Under the pieces are notes generated by a model. The model did not search any database. It saw only the letters and a program-made list of their open reading frames with translations, and was not told the DNA's origin. A program made the position numbers and the translations under genes. Shown one piece after another: positions 24,411-33,397 of a stretch of 64,000 nt of DNA; the first letter of the stretch is position 1, and every line of letters starts with the position of its first letter. The stretch is from a virus (taxonomy: Duplodnaviria; Heunggongvirae; Uroviricota; Caudoviricetes). The stretch covers positions 66,831 to 130,830 of IMG/VR virus record IMGVR_UViG_3300042890_002891; one strand, written 5' to 3'.

Positions 24411-24643
24411 GATTTCTCCAGAGTCCGTAATAGCGTTTTTTCCCGAAATGTGGCCAGGCGTTGGTCAAGTTCGGCCCTGACATCCCAGTGTTGTTTGCTG
24501 AGTCTTAAAACCCAGGCACTCAACAGGCCCAGCTGATATGCAATTTCATCTGCGTCCGTGTATTGGCCGCCACTGCTGACTGCGTTTAGCACATCAGTTA
24601 TTTCTTTGTGATTTTTTACGTGAACTTTTAGGTTGCTATACAT
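24407..24643 (-). CDS. hypothetical protein
   Basis: Coupled ORF. Confidence 0.55.
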   Translation of the reverse strand: MYSNLKVHVKNHKEITDVLNAVSSGGQYTDADEIAYQLGLLSAWVLRLSKQHWDVRAELDQRLATFREKTLLRTLEKS

Positions 24644-25097
24644 GCCATATCTCCTGGAACCCCTCTTCCAGTGTGGGTTCTTTCAAATTTTGTAACATAC
24701 TTAGCATCACATGATCCGGAATGCTTTTGCCTGGACGGCCAGCCAGTCTACGAGCAAGTTCCACAGGTTCGGGTGTGCCAAACACCACAGCAATATGTTC
24801 ATAGTCGGGCAGCATGTGAAACTTCTTTCGTCGGCTGGCCACAGTGGTTGAGGTTTGATCCCAGATCACACTGTGACCATGTTCCCGTGCAAACACCACC
24901 TGTTGAGCCATTAGATCCACTGCTCGAGGCATGTAGTCTCGAAACACTTGATTGTAGGTTTGGCCTTGTGCTCTAGCATAGTCTTCCACAAACGTGTCTG
25001 TACTAACCACAGTCAAGCCCAGGGCCCATATTTGGTTCCGGATCCAGGTGCTTTTACCCGAACCTGGCACTCCAATCATTTGATAACATTTTGGCAT
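24636..25097 (-). CDS. P-loop polynucleotide kinase-like protein (AAA_33)
   Basis: GVPGSGKSTW, STD, WDQT, R...R lid. Confidence 0.8.
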   Translation of the reverse strand: MPKCYQMIGVPGSGKSTWIRNQIWALGLTVVSTDTFVEDYARAQGQTYNQVFRDYMPRAVDLMAQQVVFAREHGHSVIWDQTSTTVASRRKKFHMLPDYEHIAVVFGTPEPVELARRLAGRPGKSIPDHVMLSMLQNLKEPTLEEGFQEIWHV

Positions 25098-25984
25098 CCT
25101 GCCTCCAGATAGTTTCTAACCCAGGCCAAGCGAGCCTGTTCGTCCATCACAGTATAAGTGTCGATGTTGTTGCGTATGTGATCCAACAGCGGGTAGTATT
25201 CCTCGTCAATCTGTTCTCGAAACTGTTGAGTCAACAACTTGTCAGTTCTTGGGTTACGTGCCACCCACTTGGCAGTCAGGTAGTAGGGTGACTTCAACTT
25301 GGAACTCACATTACCTTCATCGGTATAGAAAACAAAACCTTCGTGCTTGACAGTCTTGACTTCTTGCAATAGTTGACCCATTGAAGTGTAAAACGACTGC
25401 ACAATGCGTGTGCGAAACGCATTTTGCAACAGCATCATGATTGCAGCATTGGCCTCAATTGGACTGCACCATTCGTTCTTGCGCATGCCCAACAAGTACA
25501 TGCCTGGCTGCTCAGGAACAATGTGTGGATCACTTTCATGAACACATTCAAACATAAATGTGTGGCCTTCATACTGCTTGCAAGTGGCACGATAACGATC
25601 TATGTTGTCACCAATCATTTCACGTGCCATGTCAACATAAGGACTGTCAGTGCTACCAGTTGTGCTGATCAGTACATCATCCCGATACCATGTGCAAGCC
25701 ACCATGAAACCGTTGACCTTGCGATAAGCAGTCACATGAACATTGTCAGCCAGCACAGGTGCAGACTTTTCAATGCCGTAGTTGTAGATCTTGGTGAATG
25801 GATAAGCAACCAAGTTGAAGTCACGATCCACAATGCTTCCACGACATTCGGCAATGTATTCGTCCCAGAGGCTGTCGTAGAACACTTTCTTCTTGTACTT
25901 GAGCACGTAGATACCATCGCCACATTCTCGGCGGTTCACCAGATTGGATGATTCCACATACTGTTTTAGTTTTTCTCTAAACAT
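25076..25984 (-). CDS. T4 Rnl1-like RNA ligase
   Basis: ECRG, F.KI.N, motif I KVNG, FE, EGFV, KLKS..Y. Confidence 0.85.
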   Translation of the reverse strand: MFREKLKQYVESSNLVNRRECGDGIYVLKYKKKVFYDSLWDEYIAECRGSIVDRDFNLVAYPFTKIYNYGIEKSAPVLADNVHVTAYRKVNGFMVACTWYRDDVLISTTGSTDSPYVDMAREMIGDNIDRYRATCKQYEGHTFMFECVHESDPHIVPEQPGMYLLGMRKNEWCSPIEANAAIMMLLQNAFRTRIVQSFYTSMGQLLQEVKTVKHEGFVFYTDEGNVSSKLKSPYYLTAKWVARNPRTDKLLTQQFREQIDEEYYPLLDHIRNNIDTYTVMDEQARLAWVRNYLEAGCQNVIK

Positions 25985-26525
25985 GATGACCCTTGATCTT
26001 GCCTTTTAGGGCTTGTGCAATAGCACGTTCCATGGTGATAGCAATTGCGCCAGTGGCATCCATGCCCACGTCCAACGCACGATAATTTTCCAGGCTGCTG
26101 GTGCCACCGTGCAAGTGTCCGTGAAAATGAACAGCACCGCGATGCATCTGATCCCACTCTGCTATGGGATAATGAAACATCACTACCTTGGTTTCGTTGA
26201 ACTGTGCATCCAGGTACTTGTGTATCTGTGCAAAGCAGTCACGGAAATCCTGATCTTGCAACAGCTTGCGGTCGTGGTTGCCTTCAACCAGAATCTTGAC
26301 TCCATTCAGTCGACGCACAGTTGCCACGGCTTTTTCCGCAGGCAAGAATGCCACGTCACCCAGAATGTACACAGTGTCGTCTGCGCCAATCAAGTCGTTC
26401 CATTCTCGAATCATGGCCTCGTTCATGTAGGCCACATCGTTACGAAACCGTGCCCGTGACTCAGGGCAAAATTTCATTATGTTCTTGTGTCCCCAGTGGA
26501 GATCACTTGTGATCCAGGTTGTCAT
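25977..26525 (-). CDS. calcineurin-like metallophosphoesterase
   Basis: SDLH, LGD, GNHD, HYP, HGHLH motifs. Confidence 0.9.
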   Translation of the reverse strand: MTTWITSDLHWGHKNIMKFCPESRARFRNDVAYMNEAMIREWNDLIGADDTVYILGDVAFLPAEKAVATVRRLNGVKILVEGNHDRKLLQDQDFRDCFAQIHKYLDAQFNETKVVMFHYPIAEWDQMHRGAVHFHGHLHGGTSSLENYRALDVGMDATGAIAITMERAIAQALKGKIKGHHV

Positions 26526-26537
26526 TCTTGTAGTCTC

Positions 26538-26762
26538 TTAATGTTTAGGTTGTTCTTTTTTTGCAGGTTTCTTTTCTCGTCGGGCTTTTTCTTCTTCAAC
26601 TGCTTTTTTCTGTGCCTCTGTCATGACCAATACTGTTTTGCATGTTTTTTTGGCAGGTGCTTTTGAAGAAGCCTCGCTGGTTTCACACACCCGTTGAGTT
26701 TTGTAAGCCGGGCTGGGCGAAACCGCAATCAGTATCAATATACAACAGATGTATTTCTTCAC
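26538..26762 (-). CDS. small secreted hypothetical protein
   Basis: Signal-like N-terminus, basic tail. Confidence 0.55.
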   Translation of the reverse strand: MKKYICCILILIAVSPSPAYKTQRVCETSEASSKAPAKKTCKTVLVMTEAQKKAVEEEKARREKKPAKKEQPKH

Positions 26763-26787
26763 TTGTCAACTTCTCAAATTTGTTCGT

Positions 26788-27093
26788 TCATTGTTCAACT
26801 CCGAATACTTGATTAATCCATTGTCTTGCTGTAATGTTTTGATATTTAACATCACTACCGTGCTTGCCGCCAGGATACACAACAAATACTTCGTTCATTA
26901 CATCATCAATAATCAACTCGGCAAACTTTTTCAGTAAATCGCCTTCTAGCAATTTTACAGCGACTTCATAGTTGTTCGAAACAAAGTCGTTATCGCTTTC
27001 TAAATAGCCATCAGGCTCCTCGTCAATATACGGTCTCCGAGGAATGACATTGATACCAGCCTCTACAGCAAGTTGAGTAATTCTTTCATTCAT
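26788..27093 (-). CDS. MNER...FGVE family mini-protein
   Basis: Family motifs. Confidence 0.75.
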   Translation of the reverse strand: MNERITQLAVEAGINVIPRRPYIDEEPDGYLESDNDFVSNNYEVAVKLLEGDLLKKFAELIIDDVMNEVFVVYPGGKHGSDVKYQNITARQWINQVFGVEQ

Positions 27094-27205
27094 TCTTCAT
27101 TTGCCTTAATAAGAGCCATTAGAAATTTCAATTCCGATAATTGCACTGGAATCTCTGATTCTATTTCCATCCCTGTAATAAGAGATTGTAGATATTCAAT
27201 TGGGG

Positions 27206-27433
27206 TCATTCTCCAACTCCGAAATGTTTTAAAATATCAGATTCATACCATTCACCATGATAATCACCGCATCGACCTCTTGACTGTATATGGATTTGTT
27301 CCAAACATTCCTGCACAATCAACTCAGCGAACTTTTTTGTAAAGTTGTTGAATTCTTCCGCTGTAAATGGTCCATTAGGATCGACAGTGCCGTCAGCAGC
27401 CTGAAGTTCAAGTTCTCTAATTCGTTCGTTCAT
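27206..27433 (-). CDS. MNER...HFGV family mini-protein
   Basis: Family motifs. Confidence 0.75.
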   Translation of the reverse strand: MNERIRELELQAADGTVDPNGPFTAEEFNNFTKKFAELIVQECLEQIHIQSRGRCGDYHGEWYESDILKHFGVGE

Positions 27434-27663
27434 CCTTCGACTCCAAAATGTTTTGCAATTGCATAGCCGACCCAAGATATACCTAGTTTTTCTGCATCAT
27501 CCTCGCACACTTCATCTACTTTATCAACCTGTGCTAGACATTCTTGCACAATCAACTTGGCGAACTTTTCTTTATCAAACACTTCAAAGGTAAGTGGATT
27601 GTAAGGAGTGGGGCCTTGAATAGATGTAGCCTGTTCAGCAAGTTTTTGAATTCGTTCGTTCAT
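27430..27663 (-). CDS. MNER...HFGVE family mini-protein
   Basis: Family motifs. Confidence 0.75.
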   Translation of the reverse strand: MNERIQKLAEQATSIQGPTPYNPLTFEVFDKEKFAKLIVQECLAQVDKVDEVCEDDAEKLGISWVGYAIAKHFGVEG

Positions 27664-27775
27664 AGAATCTCCCAAGTGATAGCAGTTGAATTTGTTGCCT
27701 TGCGTGCCTTCCAGTAAGGCAGTGCCCATGTCACATTCGATTCAACCACAATAAGTCGTTTGTTAAAATATACTT

Positions 27776-27982
27776 TCATTCTTCAACTCCGAAATGTTCA
27801 TACAAATCTTGAGGGGTAGCATGACCTGAACGGGAATAAACAACTTCAGCACATTCCCGCACAATCATGTCAGCGAACACCTGTTTGATTTTGAGCACCT
27901 GGCTGTGACTCAGCCGGGTGTATGTTTCAGGCACTGCTGCATCCAGGGCCTGTGCCCACAGTTGATCAATTCGTTGGTTTAT
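27776..27982 (-). pseudogene. MNER-family member whose start codon reads ATA
   Basis: ATA-NQRIDQLWAQA...FADMIVRECAE...EHFGVEE*; frame otherwise intact. Confidence 0.55.
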
Positions 27983-27985
27983 ACA

Positions 27986-28171
27986 TCAACTCCGAAATGT
28001 TTGCTTGACCAGTTGGCCAGTTTTTCGATCCACTGACTCAACCACAATCCCTTGCTTCAACATGTTCTCGTTCTGTGTGCCTGTTGTTTCACATTGCCGA
28101 CAGAGTTTGAACACGCCCAGCAACATGATGAAATGTCCGTTGTGGGGTTTACCACAGTTAATACAGTTCAT
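27986..28171 (-). CDS. small zinc-ribbon protein
   Basis: CxxC...CxxC. Confidence 0.55.
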   Translation of the reverse strand: MNCINCGKPHNGHFIMLLGVFKLCRQCETTGTQNENMLKQGIVVESVDRKTGQLVKQTFRS

Positions 28172-28398
28172 CGTTCAACTCCGAAATGTTTCAACAAATC
28201 TGTAATAGCAAATTCACAACCCATCTTTTCACTATCAGTATCACAATTAGTTTCAATTGTTTTCTCAATGGATCGAGCACATTCTCTCACAATCAACTCG
28301 GCGAACTTTTCAGTAAACTCTTTAGGCAAATCAAAGTCTACATGGTCGGGAATTGCCTTAATAGCCTCAGAGATAAGTTTTCCAATTTGTTCGTTCAT
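28168..28398 (-). CDS. MNER...HFGVE family mini-protein
   Basis: Family motifs. Confidence 0.75.
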   Translation of the reverse strand: MNEQIGKLISEAIKAIPDHVDFDLPKEFTEKFAELIVRECARSIEKTIETNCDTDSEKMGCEFAITDLLKHFGVER

Positions 28399-28628
28399 TC
28401 TGCTTCTCCTACAAATTCACGTACCCATTCAAATCTGGTGCTGGCAGGCACCCATCTGAACTGGCTCTTTCTGCGTTCAGATTGTTGCCAGTCCATGCAT
28501 ATCATCACCCAGTCGGGCTCAGTACTGAAGGCCACAGTTTCAGCAACCCGCACGACTTCTACAAATCGTCCGTCTGTTGTTTTTGCTACCATAACCATCA
28601 TGTAGTGCTCCTTACTCTTTCTTGCCAA
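28395..28628 (-). CDS. hypothetical protein
   Basis: Coupled ORF. Confidence 0.55.
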   Translation of the reverse strand: MARKSKEHYMMVMVAKTTDGRFVEVVRVAETVAFSTEPDWVMICMDWQQSERRKSQFRWVPASTRFEWVREFVGEAE

Positions 28629-28794
28629 TACGCTCGGCCAGTTTCATTTTAACAATGTGCAGTTCGTTGATGGCAGTGTTGCTGCCATGTTTGGCAATAG
28701 ACTCTTCCCAGAACTTAATCAACTGCTCCAGTTCTTTTGTTGACTTGGAAGCATAGTGTGCGTCTTTGTCAAATTTGGGTGAATTGTACGCCAT
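28612..28794 (-). CDS. hypothetical protein
   Basis: AAGGAG SD behind an early promoter. Confidence 0.6.
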   Translation of the reverse strand: MAYNSPKFDKDAHYASKSTKELEQLIKFWEESIAKHGSNTAINELHIVKMKLAERIGKKE

Positions 28795-28820
28795 GTTGTG
28801 CTCCTTGCTGCTATGTATGT

Positions 28821-28849
28821 ATTATAGCATTTCGGGCAATAAAGGTCAA
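28821..28849 (-). promoter_or_regulatory. early promoter repeat TTGACC-N17-TATAAT
   Basis: Near-identical to 30002-30030, 30378-30406 and 30640-30668. Confidence 0.8.
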
Positions 28850-29023
28850 CCTAGGATTTTCTCGTGGCTTCAAACGAGCAATAGCCCACAGTAGCTGGTC
28901 GCCGCTGGGCCTGGATTTTGGCCCGTTCACAAGCGGCCTGACCAGCGTAGATGGCACTGCTAAATTGGGCAGGCTGTTCCCCTTGTGCCATGATGGTTAT
29001 GACCAACAGCACCCACATGATTA

Positions 29024-29359
29024 TCAATGCCACTGGCCTTGTAGGCAATGCAAGAACTCATGGCCCACTGTTCGCATGTCTACTTTTTCCGGCAGGATTA
29101 TGTAGCAGCGATCGGGCCAGTTCCAGGAGCAGGCCAGGGCACCACCCGGAAAACCGTTGAACCCAAACTCACGACTTTGTGCATTGCATGCCTCCAGTAG
29201 TTTGGCTGCAGGAACGTATCGCACAGTGACCACGGTCTTTTCTGTTTGATTCTTGCTCATGTCAAATATTCTGCTGCCGGAATTGTTAAAATCCCAGGTC
29301 TGGGCCGGTACACCCACACACAGTAAACCACACATCAATAACGCAAGGGCTTTTTTCAT
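29024..29359 (-). CDS. secreted HExxH protein (mini-metallopeptidase-like)
   Basis: Signal peptide, GHEFLHC. Confidence 0.55.
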   Translation of the reverse strand: MKKALALLMCGLLCVGVPAQTWDFNNSGSRIFDMSKNQTEKTVVTVRYVPAAKLLEACNAQSREFGFNGFPGGALACSWNWPDRCYIILPEKVDMRTVGHEFLHCLQGQWH

Positions 29360-29574
29360 TGTTCAACTCCAAAATGTTCTAGAATACGATCCATGTCATC
29401 ATTGTGATTGCATTGCAACGCACATTCCCGCACAATCAGTTCGGCAAACTTTTCCAAACCAATCAAGGGGTCAACCATCATGCCAGTTTCTTTGTCCAAC
29501 ACACATAACCATTTTTGGTTTTCGATACGGGCAATACCAGCATCCAGTCTGAGTTCATTTAATTTGTTTTTCAT
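29356..29574 (-). CDS. HFGVE family mini-protein
   Basis: EKFAELIVRECA..EHFGVE. Confidence 0.75.
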   Translation of the reverse strand: MKNKLNELRLDAGIARIENQKWLCVLDKETGMMVDPLIGLEKFAELIVRECALQCNHNDDMDRILEHFGVEQ

Positions 29575-29789
29575 TCTTCGGGCTCCTGCATACCAAAGTA
29601 TTCCACAATGCTGTTATAAACTTCATAATTGCCGTCAGCCTTGAGCGCACCTATGTCAGCACATTTCTGCACAATCAGTTCGGCGAACTTTTCTTGAACA
29701 ATCTCAGCGTAATCTGAGCCGTCATAATCAAACACTTCATCGGCTAATTCACGAGCCTGGTCCAATAGTTTCATAAATTGTTCGTTCAT
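29571..29789 (-). CDS. MNER-family mini-protein
   Basis: MNEQ..EKFAELIVQKCA..YFG. Confidence 0.7.
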   Translation of the reverse strand: MNEQFMKLLDQARELADEVFDYDGSDYAEIVQEKFAELIVQKCADIGALKADGNYEVYNSIVEYFGMQEPEE

Positions 29790-29971
29790 AGTGATTTCCA
29801 ATACATTCCCCAAGAAGAATACCCAGGAGGCAAAGGACCATATTCCTCGTTACGCATCTGTTCACGGGCTTGATAAAAACTTTCGTTGTTTGTTTCTTTC
29901 ATACGTTTTTTAACCTTTTTAATTGAAGGTTCTTTGCCCTGCTTTTTAAGTTCTTTAATTCGTTCGTTCAT
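29786..29971 (-). CDS. hypothetical protein with the MNERIKEL N-terminus only
   Basis: SD behind an early promoter. Confidence 0.55.
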   Translation of the reverse strand: MNERIKELKKQGKEPSIKKVKKRMKETNNESFYQAREQMRNEEYGPLPPGYSSWGMYWKSL

Positions 29972-30035
29972 TCATGGCTCCTTGTTGCTGTGTATGTGTG
30001 TATTATAGCATTTCGGGCAATAATGGTCAACCCGA

Positions 30036-30371
30036 TCAGCACCCACGAACATCGCTGTTCAAGTTGGGTCGATGCTCACGTATGAGTTCGCGCTCTAGAG
30101 CGTGAGCAGCACTCTTGCCGCGCACCACGTCCACAATCACCACTGTGAAACTGTCTGCACCGCGCTCGCGCATGCACTCATACAGTGCCCAACTCTTGTC
30201 TTCAGTTCTGCTGCGATAAACGTGCTTGTTGAAACGAGTCTGCACACTTCGGTTCACTGTGCTGGCAGTCTTGGCAGTGACGCCAATGTAGAAATCAGCA
30301 CCAGATTGCAGCATGTATATTGCATGCATACGATCTGTTCGCTTTTTACGGGTGATGTTTTTTGCTTCCAT
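30036..30371 (-). CDS. GIY-YIG-like nuclease domain protein
   Basis: AIY...FYIG.T...R...H...E..LI....P.LN; leaderless start behind the 30378-30406 promoter. Confidence 0.65.
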   Translation of the reverse strand: MEAKNITRKKRTDRMHAIYMLQSGADFYIGVTAKTASTVNRSVQTRFNKHVYRSRTEDKSWALYECMRERGADSFTVVIVDVVRGKSAAHALERELIREHRPNLNSDVRGC

Positions 30372-30411
30372 GCGTGTATTATAGCATTTCGGGCAATAAT
30401 GGTCAACCGAA

Positions 30412-30612
30412 TTATTTCACCCCAAAATGCCTTGAAATCTTGTTGAAAAGCTCAAAGTTGCCAGTGGCTTGTCCATCAACTAGTGCAATTTCGGCACATT
30501 CAGCCACAATCAGGTTAGCGAACTTTTCTGGATCCAATTCACCACACACATAATCTCCACCATTTTCAATTATGATAGCCTGGTCGTAAAGTTCTGCGAT
30601 TCGTTCGTTCAT
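30412..30612 (-). CDS. MNER...HFGV family mini-protein
   Basis: Family motifs; own promoter at 30640-30668. Confidence 0.75.
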   Translation of the reverse strand: MNERIAELYDQAIIIENGGDYVCGELDPEKFANLIVAECAEIALVDGQATGNFELFNKISRHFGVK

Positions 30613-30671
30613 CTCCGGCTCCTTTTTGCGTATGCCCATATTATAGCATTTTGGGCAATAAAGGTCAACCG

Positions 30672-31037
30672 CTAGGTGCGTTCCAGATACCGCATGAATC
30701 TGTTCAAATCCCCATACATGGTCAGCATTAACGCCTGCTCGCTGCCAAACAAGGTGATCTGCGGTTTCTTTCCTGTCCTGAGATAATAAGGGCAATCTAG
30801 CTTTCGATCCATCAGCAGCAGATGTCGTGGCAGCAGAGCCATGCTCACTGGAATATCAAACACATACGCCGCAATATCAATTGTGGCAATGGCCTGATAA
30901 CCTGCTGTGGTTAATCGCATACCGCCCCTGTCGCGAGAATCCATCCACCAGGCGGCAAATGCTTCGTCAAACGCAGGGCAATCGTCTGTCGGCAAGCCTT
31001 GTAAGATTTGTTGGGTGAGTTGGGATTTATCGAGCAT
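30672..31037 (-). CDS. hypothetical protein
   Basis: ORF in a coupled run. Confidence 0.65.
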   Translation of the reverse strand: MLDKSQLTQQILQGLPTDDCPAFDEAFAAWWMDSRDRGGMRLTTAGYQAIATIDIAAYVFDIPVSMALLPRHLLLMDRKLDCPYYLRTGKKPQITLFGSEQALMLTMYGDLNRFMRYLERT

Positions 31038-31323
31038 CGGGGTATATCTTGTCCCCTTGCTTGAGTAGCACTACTGAAAACTTGTCAGTGCGAAATTGCA
31101 CATTCAATTTTCGTGCAAGATTGATTGCGTGTCCCGGGTTCGAAAACGAGACCTTTTTGTACTTGGGTCCAGGATACTGAGTCAGCAGATTAGAAGTCTT
31201 TAGGTTGATGGGCAAGTTGTCAAAAAACACCGCCCAGATACCTTCGCTGGCCAACACTTGCTCAGATTTGTAAGTTTGTTTGTTGGTGTTTTCTATCAAC
31301 ACCTTTGGCTTTGGGCGACTCAT
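31027..31323 (-). CDS. conserved hypothetical protein (MSRPKP...)
   Basis: ORF with SD and TAAATA box. Confidence 0.7.
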   Translation of the reverse strand: MSRPKPKVLIENTNKQTYKSEQVLASEGIWAVFFDNLPINLKTSNLLTQYPGPKYKKVSFSNPGHAINLARKLNVQFRTDKFSVVLLKQGDKIYPDAR

Positions 31324-31365
31324 GCAGTAATACTCCTACATTTATTTATCAGAAATGTATGTAGT

Positions 31366-31575
31366 TTAAAAGTCTTTGCCCGAGAGTTCCACGTTGACGA
31401 TCTGTGAATTGTTTGTGTCCAGCAGTCGGCGTTGCAGTTCAGTGACTGCCAACAACATTTTGGTTATGTCACTGTGCAGATCCTTGGCATCTCGCAGGCT
31501 CATGACAAAGTCCTTTTGCCCGCGAGATTCGTGTGCTTTTACTGAATCAACAAATCGATTTATATGTATGCTCAT
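31366..31575 (-). CDS. hypothetical protein
   Basis: Coupled ORF. Confidence 0.6.
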   Translation of the reverse strand: MSIHINRFVDSVKAHESRGQKDFVMSLRDAKDLHSDITKMLLAVTELQRRLLDTNNSQIVNVELSGKDF

Positions 31576-31964
31576 TAAGAGAACTTGTTGAATGCGCCTT
31601 TTCGCTCTAGGAATGATTTCAAGTTAGGTGCGACCCAGCCCACTGGCTTCAACACCTTGCCATCTTCACGCTTGCGCACCTTGCCATCTTCACCAATCTT
31701 GGCAAAGTTTGTGGCCATGACTTCTTTCCAGGCACCTTCACCGTCTGCACCCATGGAGTGAATGGCACCAATGGTCACAACCAAGATATCAATCAAGGCG
31801 TCCAGTGTTTCCACTGCATCATCTGTGTCGCATGCCTGCGCTAGTTCCTTGCATTCTTCTTCGATCAAATTTCTATACAACATGAACTGTGCCATGTTGT
31901 GTTGTGCGACCGTTTGGTCGCAGGCCTTCATGAATTTTTCCTGATCACGGAAGAGGTTTGACAT
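31575..31964 (-). CDS. MazG-like/PRA-PH nucleotide pyrophosphohydrolase
   Basis: LIEEE..EL, DALIDILVV, N..K...R.DGKVLKP.GW. Confidence 0.85.
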   Translation of the reverse strand: MSNLFRDQEKFMKACDQTVAQHNMAQFMLYRNLIEEECKELAQACDTDDAVETLDALIDILVVTIGAIHSMGADGEGAWKEVMATNFAKIGEDGKVRKREDGKVLKPVGWVAPNLKSFLERKGAFNKFS

Positions 31965-32403
31965 TGGCTTCTTCTTTGGTGTAAAATGGACCTTGGTATT
32001 GATAACGCTGCAAGGTAATAAGTTTGGGACTCTGCTCAATAGTCCATGTTCTGCGTTGTTTGACCTGATACCAGCCAGCAGCATACCAGGATCTGGATTT
32101 TTTATTCTTGGTGTACAGGGGCAACTTGTGCTGCACATCCCAGATGGGATTGTACACTCGTGAACCGGATGGATAACCCTGCACCTGATAACTGGCAGGT
32201 TCCTTTGACGGTCGATTTCCTACCGCAGCAAATTCAATATCGCCTTGTTTACGGATCATGGCCATGGTCTTGAATGGCGTAATCTTGTTGTTGATCTTGA
32301 CTGCAAAGCCATCATCAGTGGCTTCAATGTTGCCGACCTTGCGATCGTCCTGTTTCAAAATCCAGAACTGATCTTTGACTATGGGTTTAGCTACTATGTT
32401 CAT
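31945..32403 (-). CDS. hypothetical protein
   Basis: Coupled ORF. Confidence 0.65.
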   Translation of the reverse strand: MNIVAKPIVKDQFWILKQDDRKVGNIEATDDGFAVKINNKITPFKTMAMIRKQGDIEFAAVGNRPSKEPASYQVQGYPSGSRVYNPIWDVQHKLPLYTKNKKSRSWYAAGWYQVKQRRTWTIEQSPKLITLQRYQYQGPFYTKEEANVKPLP

Positions 32404-33397
32404 TCAATACTCCTTTGTAGGTTTCATTCAACCAGCGTCCAAAGCTGTCTGCTGAGTCGCTGCACTTGACCAATTCATACTTGCCACAGAATCTCAAAAA
32501 GTGACTGCCCACTTGTCCCACATCCTTGTGACTCACTTGAGCACGTATGGCAGCATCCACCAGATCCTTGATCTCTTGTGGCTGTGCTGTGAGATCAATT
32601 AGGGCACGGTTGCGTTCATAATCATCCAAGACTCTGTGTTCCTCACCATTGTGGTCAATCCAACGTTGCAACATGAGATTGTTCCAGGCATAGCCTTTTT
32701 TGCCCATGTCGCCAAATGCTTCTTCCAGTCCAACCTTGTTCTTGGTGCCCTTGGTCCGCACACCAGGATATGCTGAGAACACATTGTCACTGGTATCGCC
32801 ACGCATGCACTTTTCAAACAACAACCAGGCAGGATCAGGCACAGTCTTGGGCAGCTTGGTCTTTTTGTCCTTGATCAGTTGACCCTTGACATCAAAGATT
32901 CCATCTAGTGTGATCAGCTCATCAGTGATACCGTTATACTGTTTGACATTGGGTGCGATCAGCTGCACAAAATCTGTGTCTGAGCTGACAACTATGTGTT
33001 CGTCTTGGGGGTGTAGGGCTATCCATCGTGCAATGATGTCATCCGCTTCGGCCTGGGGCTCACGAATCACACTGCAATTGGTCTTGTTGCTGAGATATTT
33101 AGTCAGCTCATCATAGGTTTCCCAGAACAGCTTGTCTTCTTCGGCCTGTTCATCATTCATGGCCGCACGAGCCACAGCACGATTGGCCTTGTAGGGCTTG
33201 TAGTGATCTTTGCGCCAGCTGCGACCTTCGAGACAGAAAATCACATGATCTGCTTGGAATCGCCGCACAACCTTGTTGGCACTCATCAAGGTTAGATATA
33301 GTGCAAAGCCTAGTTTGGTCCAGGAGTCCGCAGCACGGTGTGCCTGATGCCGTGCTCGAAAGAACATGTTGCTTGTGTCAATAAGAAGGTATTTCAT
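32387..33397 (-). CDS. 5'-3' exonuclease / T4 RNase H-like (FEN family)
   Basis: LLID, WRK..Y..YKANR, EADD, SSDTDF.QL, GD.SDN..PG. Confidence 0.9.
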   Translation of the reverse strand: MKYLLIDTSNMFFRARHQAHRAADSWTKLGFALYLTLMSANKVVRRFQADHVIFCLEGRSWRKDHYKPYKANRAVARAAMNDEQAEEDKLFWETYDELTKYLSNKTNCSVIREPQAEADDIIARWIALHPQDEHIVVSSDTDFVQLIAPNVKQYNGITDELITLDGIFDVKGQLIKDKKTKLPKTVPDPAWLLFEKCMRGDTSDNVFSAYPGVRTKGTKNKVGLEEAFGDMGKKGYAWNNLMLQRWIDHNGEEHRVLDDYERNRALIDLTAQPQEIKDLVDAAIRAQVSHKDVGQVGSHFLRFCGKYELVKCSDSADSFGRWLNETYKGVLNEHSS

